Part shown: one piece after another, positions 1 through 12,559 of the stretch | Numbering within the stretch: position 1 is the stretch's first letter | How the letters are laid out: each line of letters starts with the position of its first letter | DNA from: Octopus sinensis | Lineage: Eukaryota | DNA length: 64,000 nucleotides | Direction: 5' to 3' | Assembly (NCBI RefSeq): GCF_006345805.1 | Contig: NC_043002.1 | Coordinates: 45,074,001 to 45,138,000, forward strand | The notes under the pieces: generated by a model | What the model saw: the letters and a program-made list of their open reading frames with translations, nothing else | Databases searched by the model: none | Told to the model about the DNA's origin: nothing | Position numbers and translations under genes: made by a program

Positions 1-5
1 TGTAT

Positions 6-41
<36 letters not shown>

Positions 42-87
42 TGTATTCACATATATATATAAATATATATATACATATATATAATTC

Positions 88-137
<50 letters not shown>

Positions 138-260
138 ATGTATGTGTGTATGTATGTGTGTATGCGTGTGTACACATACTTAGATACATTTATTCAGACA
201 TCATTCATACCTGCATGCATGGGTGTAGGTTTATGTGTATCTGTCTATGTAAGTTGTAAA
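1..260. repeat. (TA)n/(TATG)n/(TG)n compound microsatellite
   Basis: Direct inspection of the sequence. Confidence 0.95.
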
Positions 261-659
261 TATGTATGTGTGGATAACAAAGAAACCATAGATGTCAAAA
301 AGAAAATTACATAATAAATGAGAGAAATATATAAATAGCAAGTATATTTGAAGTCAAGCTTAACATCAGCATTAAGCCATTATCTCGTGAATGATAGCCA
401 TTAGGCAGAAAACAGAGAAAGATATGACGACATAAATACTGGATCATATAACAGCATCAAAGATGAAAAGAAACATTGTTCGATGCAAATTGTTAACCAT
501 GAAAACCATGTTTCTTTATAAGTTCAAAAAGTGCTCGTTCTCAAAATTCTTTGACAGCCGACAAGTTGAGATATATACTATTTAGATGGATTGCTCGTCT
601 TTATCAAACGATAATCTTTTCGACAAAAAAAAATATAACCAACTAACCTGGAACGCCAG

Positions 660-900
660 AATACAATCAAATTTGATTTATAAATTATAGTCCACTCCCA
701 GTCTGGGTCAAATAGAACCGTAAGATCAAACTTGATTAGAGGAAAAGTAACAGAACGACTCAGCTGCTAAATTGCTCTTGGCTACAAGAAGACATAACAT
801 ACAAATGCATTTCCGCTGTAACAGACTAGATTAAATACGTACTAAATGTAATTCTTATTTCGTATTTATCTCGTAAGCAGTATAATATGGTGCATGTAAC
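660..900 (+). mobile_element. Highly decayed Penelope-like GIY-YIG endonuclease remnant (tentative)
   Basis: Frameshifted motifs SNLIYKL, LGQIE and SAAKLLLATRRH resemble PLE GIY-YIG (NxIYK..YIGQT..SAIAKHL..GH). A degenerate hammerhead-like CTGAAGA-GATTATTC-AAAC lies downstream at ~1178-1216. Confidence 0.3.
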
Positions 901-1676
901 CTGATACACCTCACGTCAGTGAGCTATAACCATCACAGTCAATCAATACTGTCTCACAGATTAAAAATAAAGGAAAGATCAACTCGATTTACATCCGCTC
1001 CTGTTGTGTTACAATTTCCTACTGACAGACTCCTTTCATCTACCAACAAATATGCCGTCGAGAACAGCAACCAAGCCATCATTTTGAAATACAATGCAGC
1101 GAAGTTAATTTCCTATGGTTGCAGTAATTCAATTTAAAATCGGGAAATTACTTCCAAATTCCTCGATTCGATACCACCTGAAGAGATTATTCAAACACTC
1201 AGCCCGTAAGGTCAAATGTCAAACACAAATGATTTTATTAACTATGATCAAGACAACGATTAACAATGTTCGCAATAGTATATGAAAATACTATTTCATC
1301 GATAAATTCATGCTCTCAGACATTTTAAAATATTGATATATGCTATGCTTACCAATTATGTACTTGACTCTTTCACACTAGCACACATCCTACAGCATTT
1401 CTAGTATTTCGTTTGGACTGTCCTTTGCATTCCTTCGCTTTTTATCTATCTACATGTGCAGGCAATGACAGCGTGGAAAACTCAATTTAGCCACCACAAA
1501 ACAGAGAAAGTGTTAAATTTAATTAATCATTTAATACTCAGTGTCAAAATTTTTGTCGCACTGTCTGCCTTGTCGCTACCACAGTTCTACAATATATATA
1601 TATATATATATTTCTTTATTGCCTACGGGGGGCGGGCTAAACATAGGGGGGAGGGCAAACAGGGACAGATAAATTA

Positions 1677-1843
1677 AGTCAATTACATTGACCCCAGTGC
1701 TTAACTGGTACTTATTTAATCGACCTCGAAAAGATGAAAGGCAACGTCGACCTCAGCGGATTTTGAACTCAAAACGTAACTGCGGACGAATTTCCGCTAA
1801 GCGTTTCCCGCGGCATGCTAACGATTCTGCCAGCTCGCCGCCC
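1677..1843 (-). mobile_element. Octopus tRNA-derived SINE (OR-type)
   Basis: The reverse complement reads GGCGGCGAGCTGGCAGAATCGTTAGC...GAGTTCAAAATCCGC...AAGTACCAG...CTGGGGTCAATG. The same family recurs at 17465, 17692, 17915 and 35453. Confidence 0.85.
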
Positions 1844-1907
1844 CATATATTTAATATATATAATATATATATATATAATATATATATTATATATATATTA
1901 TATATAT

Positions 1908-1985
<78 letters not shown>

Positions 1986-2294
1986 ATTATTATATATTAT
2001 TATTATTAGAATGTGAAAATATTATCGAGGGGCTATCATAAAAACCTCTCGGAAGTCAGTCTTTCTGCTAGTTTTAATAATTTAGAAATATTTTTAAGGG
2101 AATGTAATTTCAAAAATGTAGGTTGTTTGCACAGTAAGTATGTATACTTTAGCTTTCTTTAAACAGACAATATTTTAATTTTTTTAACTATTTTCAAGTG
2201 AATACCATTACAAAACTTTTTTGGCACATTTCAAAATTATTTTTAAGTGAAAATTACTTTAAAAGTGCAGTATATATTTCATAAAAACCTGTTT

Positions 2295-2732
2295 GTAACC
2301 TCGGTGTAAAATCCTCTTTTTCCATAGGTTTTTTCGTGTGCATTCAACGTATTTCTCCTCCAAAGATTTGGTTGCTATTTCTAGCATTCCTTGCTTCCAG
2401 GTAACTGTGATAACGATAAAGGACCCGAAATAGCCATTACGTGGTAGCAGAGCGTGCAAGAAATAGCAGCCAAATCATATCTTTTCTGGGGAAAGGAGCC
2501 GTTTACGCGTGATTTCGATGTCACATTCGTTGAAAGTATGCGAACTTACCTGGAAAAGAAAAAAACGCCCACGAAACAAAACTCTGTTGGTGGGAAACTC
2601 AGTTTCACTGGACACAACGAGATCCCCACCACCCTCTCCCCTTTCTTTTCCGGCTTGTGGTGGGTTTGGCGGTCAGATACGTTGAATTCACTCGAAAAAA
2701 CCTCTGGAAAAAATTCTTTTACACCGAAGTAC
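2295..2732. mobile_element. Palindromic MITE-like element
   Basis: The left arm (2299-2385) is a shortened inverted copy of the right arm (2455-2730), with termini CCTCGGTGTAAAA / TTTTACACCGAAG. The right arm recurs at ~6065-6357. Confidence 0.55.
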
Positions 2733-3524
2733 GAACGGGTCATTTACGGAATATTTTCCCAAGATCGGGACAGGCATGCGAATAGAATGATCGATGAGAT
2801 TCATAAAGCAATGGCTGAGCATCTGGTGGAACAGAGGGAAAGAGACAGAAGCAGAATACATCAGGAATCGGTCACGCGAGGAGCTGAGCGTCTGTTTCCG
2901 CCACGTTTCCTTTAGTCGGCCACTTCATCTTTAACTCTGTGGAACTCATTGCAAAGCGATCCTTACAATTGAGTTCAGTTTATGGCAACAAACTTGACCC
3001 AGCCATCTCCATCACCTTGCTTCAGTAGTTTCTCTTATTGGTTTCACGTTAGACATGGTGTGTAGTTGGATATTCAAGATCATATTCGGTCAGGAGACCG
3101 TCGAATATTTTCGTAAACATTTATTTTGAAACACGTTTTCTTTGGGCGAAGGAACGATGATTTTATGACGTTTTAAGAACAAAGCCATAAGAAGTATCCA
3201 ATCCGATGCCTGACTTCCTGGCCCCAAAAACCTTTTGTAGATATATACACACATAAATACAGAAAGTTGCATACCCCCGTTCAACAGACTTTCATACGCG
3301 CACACACCCATACATACACGCACGAACGCGTATACTGCAGGCACTAACATATAACGTATTCGTGCATGTCGTACGCATACACACAAACACACGCACAGCT
3401 GATTCGCATCTGCATTTATATGTACATACACCCAAGCCAAAACGTAGATACTCACCATCGAGCTGTTACCACGAGCTCTCACCCGCACACCAACTTACAC
3501 GCATATGCACCCCGTCTCATACAC

Positions 3525-3810
<286 letters not shown>

Positions 3811-4017
3811 TACACGGTCATACATACTTTGTGATAAGAAATTTGCATTCAGCCACATACTTATACTTTTGGGGTTTAGCTACACTGCGTGCACCTTCCG
3901 CAAGTATATTTTTCTATAACCCCACGCCGGCCAAAGCCTCGTGAGTAGATTCGGTAAACACTAAGTAAAAGAATTATGTCGTGTGTCTGTATAGAAATAT
4001 ATCTATACGTATGTATG

Positions 4018-4062
<45 letters not shown>

Positions 4063-4559
4063 CACCAGTCAATACATACCTACATACCCATGCATCCATA
4101 TATATATATATATACACCAGTCATATACATACCTACATACCCATGCATCCATATATCTATACATATACATACACGTATATATACACAAGCACATACTAAT
4201 ACACACGCACACACATCTATCTACATATATAAAAAAGAAACCCAACAAGTTCATACATGTGCACACATACATGTAGGTACGTGTACGTATGTGTATATAC
4301 GTGCATGTATGTAGATGTATGTATGTATGAATATAACACGTGCGTGTGTGTATGAGTGTACGTGTGAGTGTGTGTGCGTGTGTGAGTGTTTGTGTTCGTA
4401 TCAGTGAGTAGAAAGATAGAAAGGAAGGGAGTAGAGCAATAAATGGACTCTTTAGACTATCCCTTGGGACGAAATCACTTCAGTGCTGGGCTGGCTGCTC
4501 GAGATCAAGATAATAATAAAAATAAAAACAAAATAAAAAATAAAATTAAAATAAGGGAA

Positions 4560-4629
4560 TAAATGTGTGTGTATGTGTGTGCATGTATATGCATATGTAT
4601 GTGTGTGTGTATATATATGTGCGTGTATG

Positions 4630-4677
<48 letters not shown>

Positions 4678-5052
4678 GGTATGTATGTGTATGTATGTAT
4701 ATATATGTGTATATGGGTGAGTGTGTATATATATGCGTATGTATATATGGATATGGGAGTGTGTGTGTATGGGGGTGTATATCCCCCTTTATTTATATAT
4801 ATATATGTGTGTGTAGACATATATAAGTGTATGTATGAGTATGGGTATGGGCGTGTACGTAGATACATGTATATGGGTACATATGTACATGTGTATATGG
4901 GTGTATGTGTGTATGTGTACGTATGTGTATGTGTATATATGTAATGTCTATGTATGTATGCGTGTGTATATGTATGTATGTATATGTATACGTATGTGTA
5001 TGTGTGTGTGTATGTGTATATGTACATGTTGTGTGCTTATCTTATATATATA

Positions 5053-5092
<40 letters not shown>

Positions 5093-5145
5093 GGTGTATA
5101 TATATGTATGTATATGTGGATGTATATATATATATGTATATGTAT
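4560..5145. repeat. (TG/TA/TATG)n degenerate microsatellite
   Basis: Direct inspection. Confidence 0.9.
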
Positions 5146-5349
5146 AAGTGAGAGTCTCCTTATTTACCTAAAACTCTATTTTTCTATTTATTCTTTTATT
5201 CTTTTATTTATTCTTTTATCTACTTTACCACCGATTCCTTTGACCACTTCCCTAAGAATGATAGTTTGCGCCATGCCTACCCCAAAAAGTCCCCCACCAC
5301 ACCCCTTAAACCTGCTAAATGTATAAATGCAAAACTACTCTTGTCACCT

Positions 5350-5400
5350 AGCTTCCTGATGATTTCTTTTGAATGAAACAGTTCTAGTCCTGTAGAAGCT
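5350..5400 (+). ncRNA. Type I hammerhead ribozyme
   Basis: Stem I AGCTTC(5350-55)/GAAGCT(5395-5400); core CTGATGA(5356-62); stem II TTC-TTTT-GAA with a U·U closing pair; GAAA(5375-78); stem III ACAG/CTGT; cleavage triplet GTA(5392-94). Confidence 0.75.
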
Positions 5401-5483
5401 CCTTCTATTAAAATAAATTAATTTACTCTGCTATGTATTGAGTACCTTATTTACTGTGGTTAACCCCGACTCAACCCGGTACC

Positions 5484-5525
<42 letters not shown>

Positions 5526-5527
5526 AA

Positions 5528-7766
5528 CATAACTGGGCGCAAGTTCGTTAACATGGTAATCGTTAATTAACGAAGTTGACATTTTCGTTAACGATTTAAT
5601 ATGTAAGTTAACTTTGAAAATCATTATCAGACTAATTAACTTGTGTTACATTTAGCTTCCGTTAACTCAAGTCCGTTAACTCCAAAATTTAATAAAAACC
5701 GGTAAACATTTAAGTTTCTATTGGTTTCAGATTGTCTTACCATATTTAATATTGTACACGTCAATCTTTCAACCCTGATATAAAGCCACTGATTATTATA
5801 AATAACTTGTAGGACCTCGTTTGGCTCTGCCTGGATTTGAAAGCTCGATTGAAACAAATCGTACGGACGTTGAACAAATAGGGACAGTGGAAAATTTTTT
5901 GTCCTGACAAGAGGGAACTGTGTTTCCACTTGATCCGTGATCTCGTTGAGGTGGATGTCAACAGAAAAAATATCGACTTCCATAAAGTGGAAAAAATAAA
6001 TGGAAGGAAAAAGTTGCTAAATATTTCGGTGTGAACGCAGATATTTCGGTGTGAATGCAAATAACTGTTACGTGGTAGAACAGCATGCTAGAAACAACAG
6101 CTAAATATTTCCTTTTCTGGATAAAGGAGCAGTTTACGCGAGATTTGGATGTCACATTCGTTGAAAGCACGCTAAATAACCTGGAAAAGAAAAAAGACAC
6201 GCGAAACGAAACTCCCTTGGTGGGAAACTTCGAGGTCCCCACCACACTTCCCACCTTTCTTTTCCCGAAAAAAGTGGCTTGCAGCGGGTTTGGAGGTCAG
6301 ATACGTTGAATGCACCCGAAAAAATCTGGAAAAAATTATTCCACACCGAGGTACGAAATATTTACCGAAAGAAAAAATCTTGTACTGATTATACCTGTAT
6401 TTTAATTAGTTCAGTTAATGCACCACATCTTGGAAAGTGGCAAAATTTTTGTCGGTTGCCAACTGGGATAATTTTAATAACAAATCAAACAGGTAAGATG
6501 CTTTAAGAATTTAAATTTTAGTGTTTATCCATAATATTATTGTTTATACACCTGTTAATTAAATTTAACTGCCCATGAAAGTCAAATTTACTCAGCAAGA
6601 TCAGCTAAAATCACATAACTATAAACCAGTGGTATATAAAACACCCACTGACAAAATTTCAAATCTATATGTAAAAGATTTACAAAGTTATAAGCAAATA
6701 TTGTGAACACCTCTCTTGAACCTGAATAATTCGAAATGATGTGAGCAAATAAGCATTACATTTGACAGATTAATATGAACACTAAAGATTTTTTGGGGTG
6801 TTTTTCTTTTCTTACAAATTCGCATAACACGGCCTTGCTCGGTTGGGACCACGCGTGTGTTACTTTGGCATCACCGTTCCATAAAATTTGTTTATGGAGA
6901 GGAAAATATTGAGTGAGAAAGAAACAAGGAGGGATGAAAGAAACGTTTGAGGATGTGCTAGAAACAACAGCCAGATCGTCCTTAAATCACACATTTTCAT
7001 CTGAAATTATTAACAATTTTTTTAAACCGAAAATGTTTCTCTTACTGGTTTTAAGTGCGTAGTGAAAAAAATGTAATATGGCCAAAATCCTTTCGGACTG
7101 GGGTGCTAAGGGGGTGGAGGGAGTGAAAAAAATATTTTTTTTTTATTTTTTCCTTTTTTCCTGGAATGATGCCTCCCATCATTCTGAAGACTTTGGTGAA
7201 AACCATTGGGAGAAAATCCCCATCAAAACAGATAAATTCCAACTTATGTGGGTCGTCTGATCCGAAAATCCGTTTTCCAGAAATTCACCCCCCTTCCTCT
7301 CCCTTCCAAAAATTTTGTCTACAAATTTCTTTGTAATCGTAATCTACATCATTTGAAAGGTATTTGTATAAAATTTCATTTTTAAAAAATACCTATTTTC
7401 TAGAAAGTTATGAGAGGGAAAATGTTGGGTCATGTGAATTTCCCAAAACTCCTCTTCCCAACCGCTCTGAATATTGTTTTCAATAAATCATTAACATATG
7501 TTCAATTTACAGAATATAAGCGATTATTTGGTGAAAGTTTCGTTAAAAAGTATCAATTCTTCTGGAAATCATAAGGCAACAAAATCGGTGGGGTATTAAA
7601 CTGTAGTTATGCATTTTTTCAATAAAAGTTAACGTTAACGGATTAAGGTGAACTTCCGTTACATTTTCAAAGAATTAACAGATTAACGATTAATGAAGCT
7701 AACTTTTTTGGTTAACGGATTAGCGATTAAAGAAGTTAACTTTTCGATTAACGGTACCCACTTCTG
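5528..7766. mobile_element. hAT-like non-autonomous DNA transposon with nested repeats (tentative)
   Basis: Imperfect 10-bp TIRs CATAACTGGG / CCCACTTCTG (8/10). Dense GTTAAC/TTAACG subterminal arrays at 5545-5680 and 7625-7755. No clean 8-bp TSD. Confidence 0.45.
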
Positions 7767-8062
7767 TATATACATATATGAATTTGTGTTACAAGATACT
7801 TGATGTGAAATCGTGTGTTGAAACAGATATTGTTGTATTTTGGGATGGTTTTTTCTTTTTTAATTTTTGCCAAATAAAAACACATACTATATATTTGTTC
7901 TTCACTCGTTTATTACTGTCCTTATTCTAACTCATGTGCATTGCCCGGAAACCTCTCCTCATACATCTATGACCTCCTCAGCGACACTTTCTGGCTTCGT
8001 GTGTGCTCTTATTCTGCTTATTCCATTCTGTTCTTCTAGAAGAACAGATATATTATATATAT

Positions 8063-8154
<92 letters not shown>

Positions 8155-8598
8155 ATATATTATATGAAATTTTCGTTGCGTCTTGCAATTTAAAAAAAAT
8201 TGTTGACTCTGTCCGTTATCCAACCTGAATTCTTTTTGTTTGTTTGTGCGCATGTATGTGGGTTAGTGTGTGTGTGCAGACAAACATGTATGCATGTATG
8301 TATGCATGCATGCATGCATGTGAGTGTATGCATGTATGTGTGTGAGTGCGTAATGATATATCTATGTGTGTACGTGTGTATGTATGTATTCTGCATATTC
8401 GCATATCTGTGTGTTTGTGTGTTTTTATGTGTGTGCGTGTGTGTTTGCAAGTGTGCGTGTGTGTTTGCAAGTGTGCGTGTGTGTGCATGTTTGAGGGTGC
8501 CTGTGTGTGATTATGTACTGTGTCAGTATGTATGGATGTGTATCTCCTTATGTGTTGATGTGTGTGTGTCTATCATATGTGTCCTTGTGTGAAGTTAC

Positions 8599-9616
8599 GT
8601 GTGTGTGTATATGGTCATGTGTTTCAGTCTTCATTTGCGTATGTGAGTGTATGTGTGCTTGTGTGTTCATATTACCAGTGTACCTATCCGTGTGTATGCC
8701 TATCTGTTTACTTTCATATCCATTTGCCTACATACATGTACATATACATATACATATCCATATATATATATATATATATACACACACATATACATACATC
8801 TACATAACAGCCTACTAACTATTCTACCTGTATATAAATATAAACGGAGGGTATGGGGGTATGATTATCTACTACGTATATTTGTCTTTACAAACACCTT
8901 CTATGCATCTTATGCCGTAGACTACATTTCTAGTTCTACAGTTAATGCCAGGGCTAACCCTACATACCATGCAGTTATCATTGGTGCATATGGTATTCTC
9001 AAAGGGATACGTCCTACATAGTTGTGATCTGATGGGGTCCACTGGCTTTTCAACAATCTTTTGCGTTTGGTCTCCTTCAGAGCTTTCCTAAATCTACGGG
9101 CTAGTTCTCTATGGGTTGTGGCCTCTACAAACATCACTCCTTAATATTTGTCGGTTTTATACCACGTATTCACCCTGTTTCCTTTGTTACAATGTTACAA
9201 GCTCTTTGTATTCTATTCCAGTCTTTGTTTCTTATCTAGGGCTGGTACCACTGGTTTCATTATATATAATATTATCTAACTTCTTTCTAGCACCCCGAAC
9301 CCTATCTTTCTGATCATATCCAGAGAATTGCATGTGGTGCATTAAGTTCTGTACATGTTTCTTCGTTTCATAGGGTTTGCATATTGGGGGCACGTTGTTC
9401 ATTATTCTAAGTAAGTCTGCTAACAGTATGTTAATTTTCCTGTTATGTGACACAATTCCTCTCAGTTTCTACATTACCGTTACTATAGTTGGTCTTAACT
9501 TGGATATTAATATCGTCTACATACCAACTGTAAAGTAGAAGAGTTGTGGACTTCTCTGGTGTTTATACACAAGTATAACACTTAGCGGGCTGTAAATGTA
9601 TGTATGTGGCGAGCGG

Positions 9617-9692
<76 letters not shown>

Positions 9693-9844
9693 GTATGTAT
9701 ATGCACATGTATGTAGGCAAATGTATATGAAAGTAAACAGATAGACATACATACGGATAGGTACATAGGTAATATGAACAGACAAGCACATATACACACA
9801 CATACCTAAATGAAGACTGAAACACATGACCATATACACACACA
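8599..9844. repeat. ~240-285 bp inverted repeats (8599-8840 and 9560-9844) flanking a PLE fragment
   Basis: GTGTGTATATGGTCATGTGTTTCAGTCTTCATTT...TTTGCCTACATACATGT on the left matches the reverse complement of 9700-9844. Similarity continues past the internal (TA)n. Confidence 0.85.
8860..9535 (-). mobile_element. Penelope-like element remnant (RT YVDD, thumb/linker, start of GIY-YIG)
   Basis: Minus-strand motifs: WYVDDIN; HMQFSGYDQKDR; MFVEATTHRELARRFRKALKET; CRTRNVVYGIRCIEGVCKDKY. Confidence 0.8.
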
Positions 9845-10049
9845 TTTCGCAGTAGATTTTCACAAATCAATCAATTATTTTTAAAAATCTAACTACGATC
9901 AACTGTGCGTTTTGTATTGGCAGAATTACTCCTGCAAATATAACAATATATGTATATATTATTTACATTAAAAATGCATGTTTATGTGGGAGTGTATGGA
10001 GATGGTGGTATGTTTGCTCTATGTAAGAGTACAACACCCGTTTTCCTTT

Positions 10050-10530
10050 ATGCCTTTAATCATTACCATTTTACTACAGTAGAAATATTTACAAGATGAA
10101 TATATTGATACTACAATTGCCTCATTGGTAGAGCATATTCAAAATACATCAGATAACTACAGAATAAGTAGGACACATCAGTTCTATAGCAAATACAGTT
10201 TTTAGTATCGCTTATGAATTTACAGCGTAATAAAGCGAAAGTTCCAGCTCGGAAGAAGGTAAAGATGATTTCTACTATTTGGTTAAGTGTGGTGTATCAA
10301 ATAACACAATAATTCTTGGAGCTCAATATTAATGCTATTCATAGTTTCCTTCTATGCAAGAATACCAGGAAACATAAAATCATTTCAAGATAGAAGTGTC
10401 TACTTCGCAAAAAGAAATATTTTTATCTCAAGTAAATATTGACATATCGCTATGTACTACTTAAACAAAATATATGTGATTGATCAAGTGTTACAAGCTA
10501 TCTTTAAGCTCAAGCAAAAGGCAAAAAAGA
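10050..10530 (-). pseudogene. Decayed leucine-rich-repeat coding remnant (TLR-like, tentative)
   Basis: Frameshifted LRR-like motifs LVTLDQSH, LNQIVEII..RAGTFALL and SRNHLYLLPSWNF, with many stops. Confidence 0.35.
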
Positions 10531-10564
10531 ATTATATTTATAGAAACATAGATTTAAGTATAAA

Positions 10565-10765
10565 CGGTTGGCTGGATCGGTAGAACAGTAGATAATATAT
10601 CATTCGTTATTAAGATTACATTCCGTGTTCAAACCTTGATGGTAGCTAACTTTGCCTTTCATTGTTACAGGATCAATCAAATAAGCACCAGTAAAGTGCT
10701 GGGGTCAATTTAATACACTATAAGCCCCTCGAAATGAGCAAATATGTGCCAATGTTAGAAATTTA
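10565..10765 (+). mobile_element. Degenerate octopus SINE
   Basis: Contains CTAACTTTGCCTTTCAT...AAATAAGCACCAG...CTGGGGTCAATTTAAT. Confidence 0.6.
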
Positions 10766-10783
10766 CAAATTTCATTTCATGTA

Positions 10784-10812
10784 CGAGGGGGTACCCAAAA
10801 GTAACCGGAAAC
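10784..10812 (+). mobile_element. Solo mariner TIR
   Basis: TA-CGAGGGGGTACCCAAAAGTAACCGGAA, a typical mariner terminus. No partner TIR seen. Confidence 0.6.
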
Positions 10813-10994
10813 GTTGCTTGTGGGACAAGTCCGTTATAGTCCGTGTGAGTATGTGTGTGTATGCATGTCCGGGTCGCTTATACCGAGAATGTCTGAGCAG
10901 AGTTAATCATTAGCTTTAACGAATGTTTTAGATACCCATGCATACAAACACCCATTCATACATACATACATACATACATACATACATACATACA

Positions 10995-11027
<33 letters not shown>

Positions 11028-11469
11028 GCCTGCATGTGTGCATGTATATACTTATGTATGTATTTGATATCACTTTTCTTTAGGCCTCAGCATTTGAGTT
11101 AATATTCTCCACCTCCTTGTCAACTTCTATATTACAAATAATCAATAATATATTATTTCTTATTTATTTCATAAATTTCATGACATATCAGAAATAGTTT
11201 CATATTACATTTAACTACACATTTATGGTGAAATACTGTTATTGTTTAAAACAGATGCATTTCAACAATAGTCTATAGAATACCATGTATCAAAATATAT
11301 AAATATCATCATATAACATTTTCTTCGTGATATCTTTATTGGAATAGTTATAGTTTTCAGTGCTTTGAGTGGATCCGTGAAGATAACAGCAATACAGTTA
11401 TATATTCGTGTGTGCGTATATGTGTGTATGTGAGTGTGTGTTTTTGTGTGTGTGCTTGTGTGTGTGTGT

Positions 11470-11522
<53 letters not shown>

Positions 11523-11849
11523 TGTGTGTGTTGTGTGTGTGTGTGTGTGTGTGCGTGCATGCCTTTAGTTGCCAGTTTGTCAGATGTGATCACAGAATTA
11601 GATTTCTTCCAGTCTTCGATGATTCAACAATTGATAGTAGCCAGTATATGTTTTTTTTTAAAGTATTGGAATATAGACTAAAATGGACAGCTAATATATA
11701 CAAAAGTAATCATTTATTGAAAGTCAGTTGCCTTTGGACAATTTTTCATATAGACCATTAATGAAATATCATTTAAACATAATGTGTTGCAGAAATTATT
11801 CATACATTTCTGTAACTTAATGTTCTCGAAAATAACTTTAAATGTTTGT

Positions 11850-12550
11850 TCTTAAACTAATGATCCATTTGAGTATTGCTTGTTGCGTGCAAGATGTAAT
11901 GGATAATTAGCAAACAAAATAAAGAGATAGCATACGCTATTAACCTGGCGTGTGGATTCGGTAATTTCAGTACAGAAATGAGAAATTGTAAAAATCAACT
12001 TCTCGATTAATGAAAGATGAATTTATAAGCTATGACAATATTCTCTTCAATTTCTCCATTAGCTTACTTTCTATATTACTGGGAAAACCCCAATCGACAT
12101 GGATTACTATATATAAAAAAAAAAGATAACGAAAATCAAATGTTGATGCGCAAAACAGATTGAGCAGTGAAACTCTCATCCTATCCTAGTATTCCTTGTT
12201 ACTGGAGAAGAAAATGGTATTACTGGTGTGCTGACTATAGCATAAGATACGAGTGCAGAAATTGTAGGGGGTAAAACTGGATTACTAGTGATATGTTGAG
12301 ATGTTTATAGAGTGGTTTGAGACGGTTGATATCAAGATATCGAGTGTGAAATAATTGGGATTTCTTTCCTGCATCTCAAAAGTATATTGGAGATTTATAT
12401 AGAGGACAACAATAAGTCCCCCACACCAAACATGTGTTAGAAATGCTTCAAACCGAGACAGGCTTCTTGCAATTACCCCCAAAAAGTGATTTATATGATT
12501 TCTATTGATCGAAAACAGAAAGGAGAAAAGTTACTACGCTACATTGTCTA
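11850..12550 (-). pseudogene. Toll-like receptor pseudogene, C-terminal part (LRR-CT, TM, TIR)
   Basis: Correct order on the minus strand: KSLFGGNCKK..TYCC (LRR-CT-like); hydrophobic ISALVSYAIVSTPVIPF; EY*DRMRVSLLNLF; FRYLFFLY...HVDWG (TIR box1-like); ENIV; KLIFTISHF-CTEI; YLFILFANYP...NKQY/LKW. Multiple stops and frameshifts. Confidence 0.55.
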
Positions 12551-12559
12551 CCAGCCACT

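Noticed and set aside
2454-2915. 153-aa ORF
   Set aside because: The first two thirds are a non-coding MITE arm whose second copy is frameshifted, and the remainder could not be assigned.
7184-7210. CTGAAGA...GAAA hammerhead-like core
   Set aside because: No stems; it lies within a DNA-transposon-type repeat.
12200-12420. DINRLKPLY as a Gypsy integrase C-terminus
   Set aside because: The surrounding frames fit LRR-CT/TM/TIR order better, and a PPT-like site places the Gypsy end near 12566. It remains a weaker alternative.
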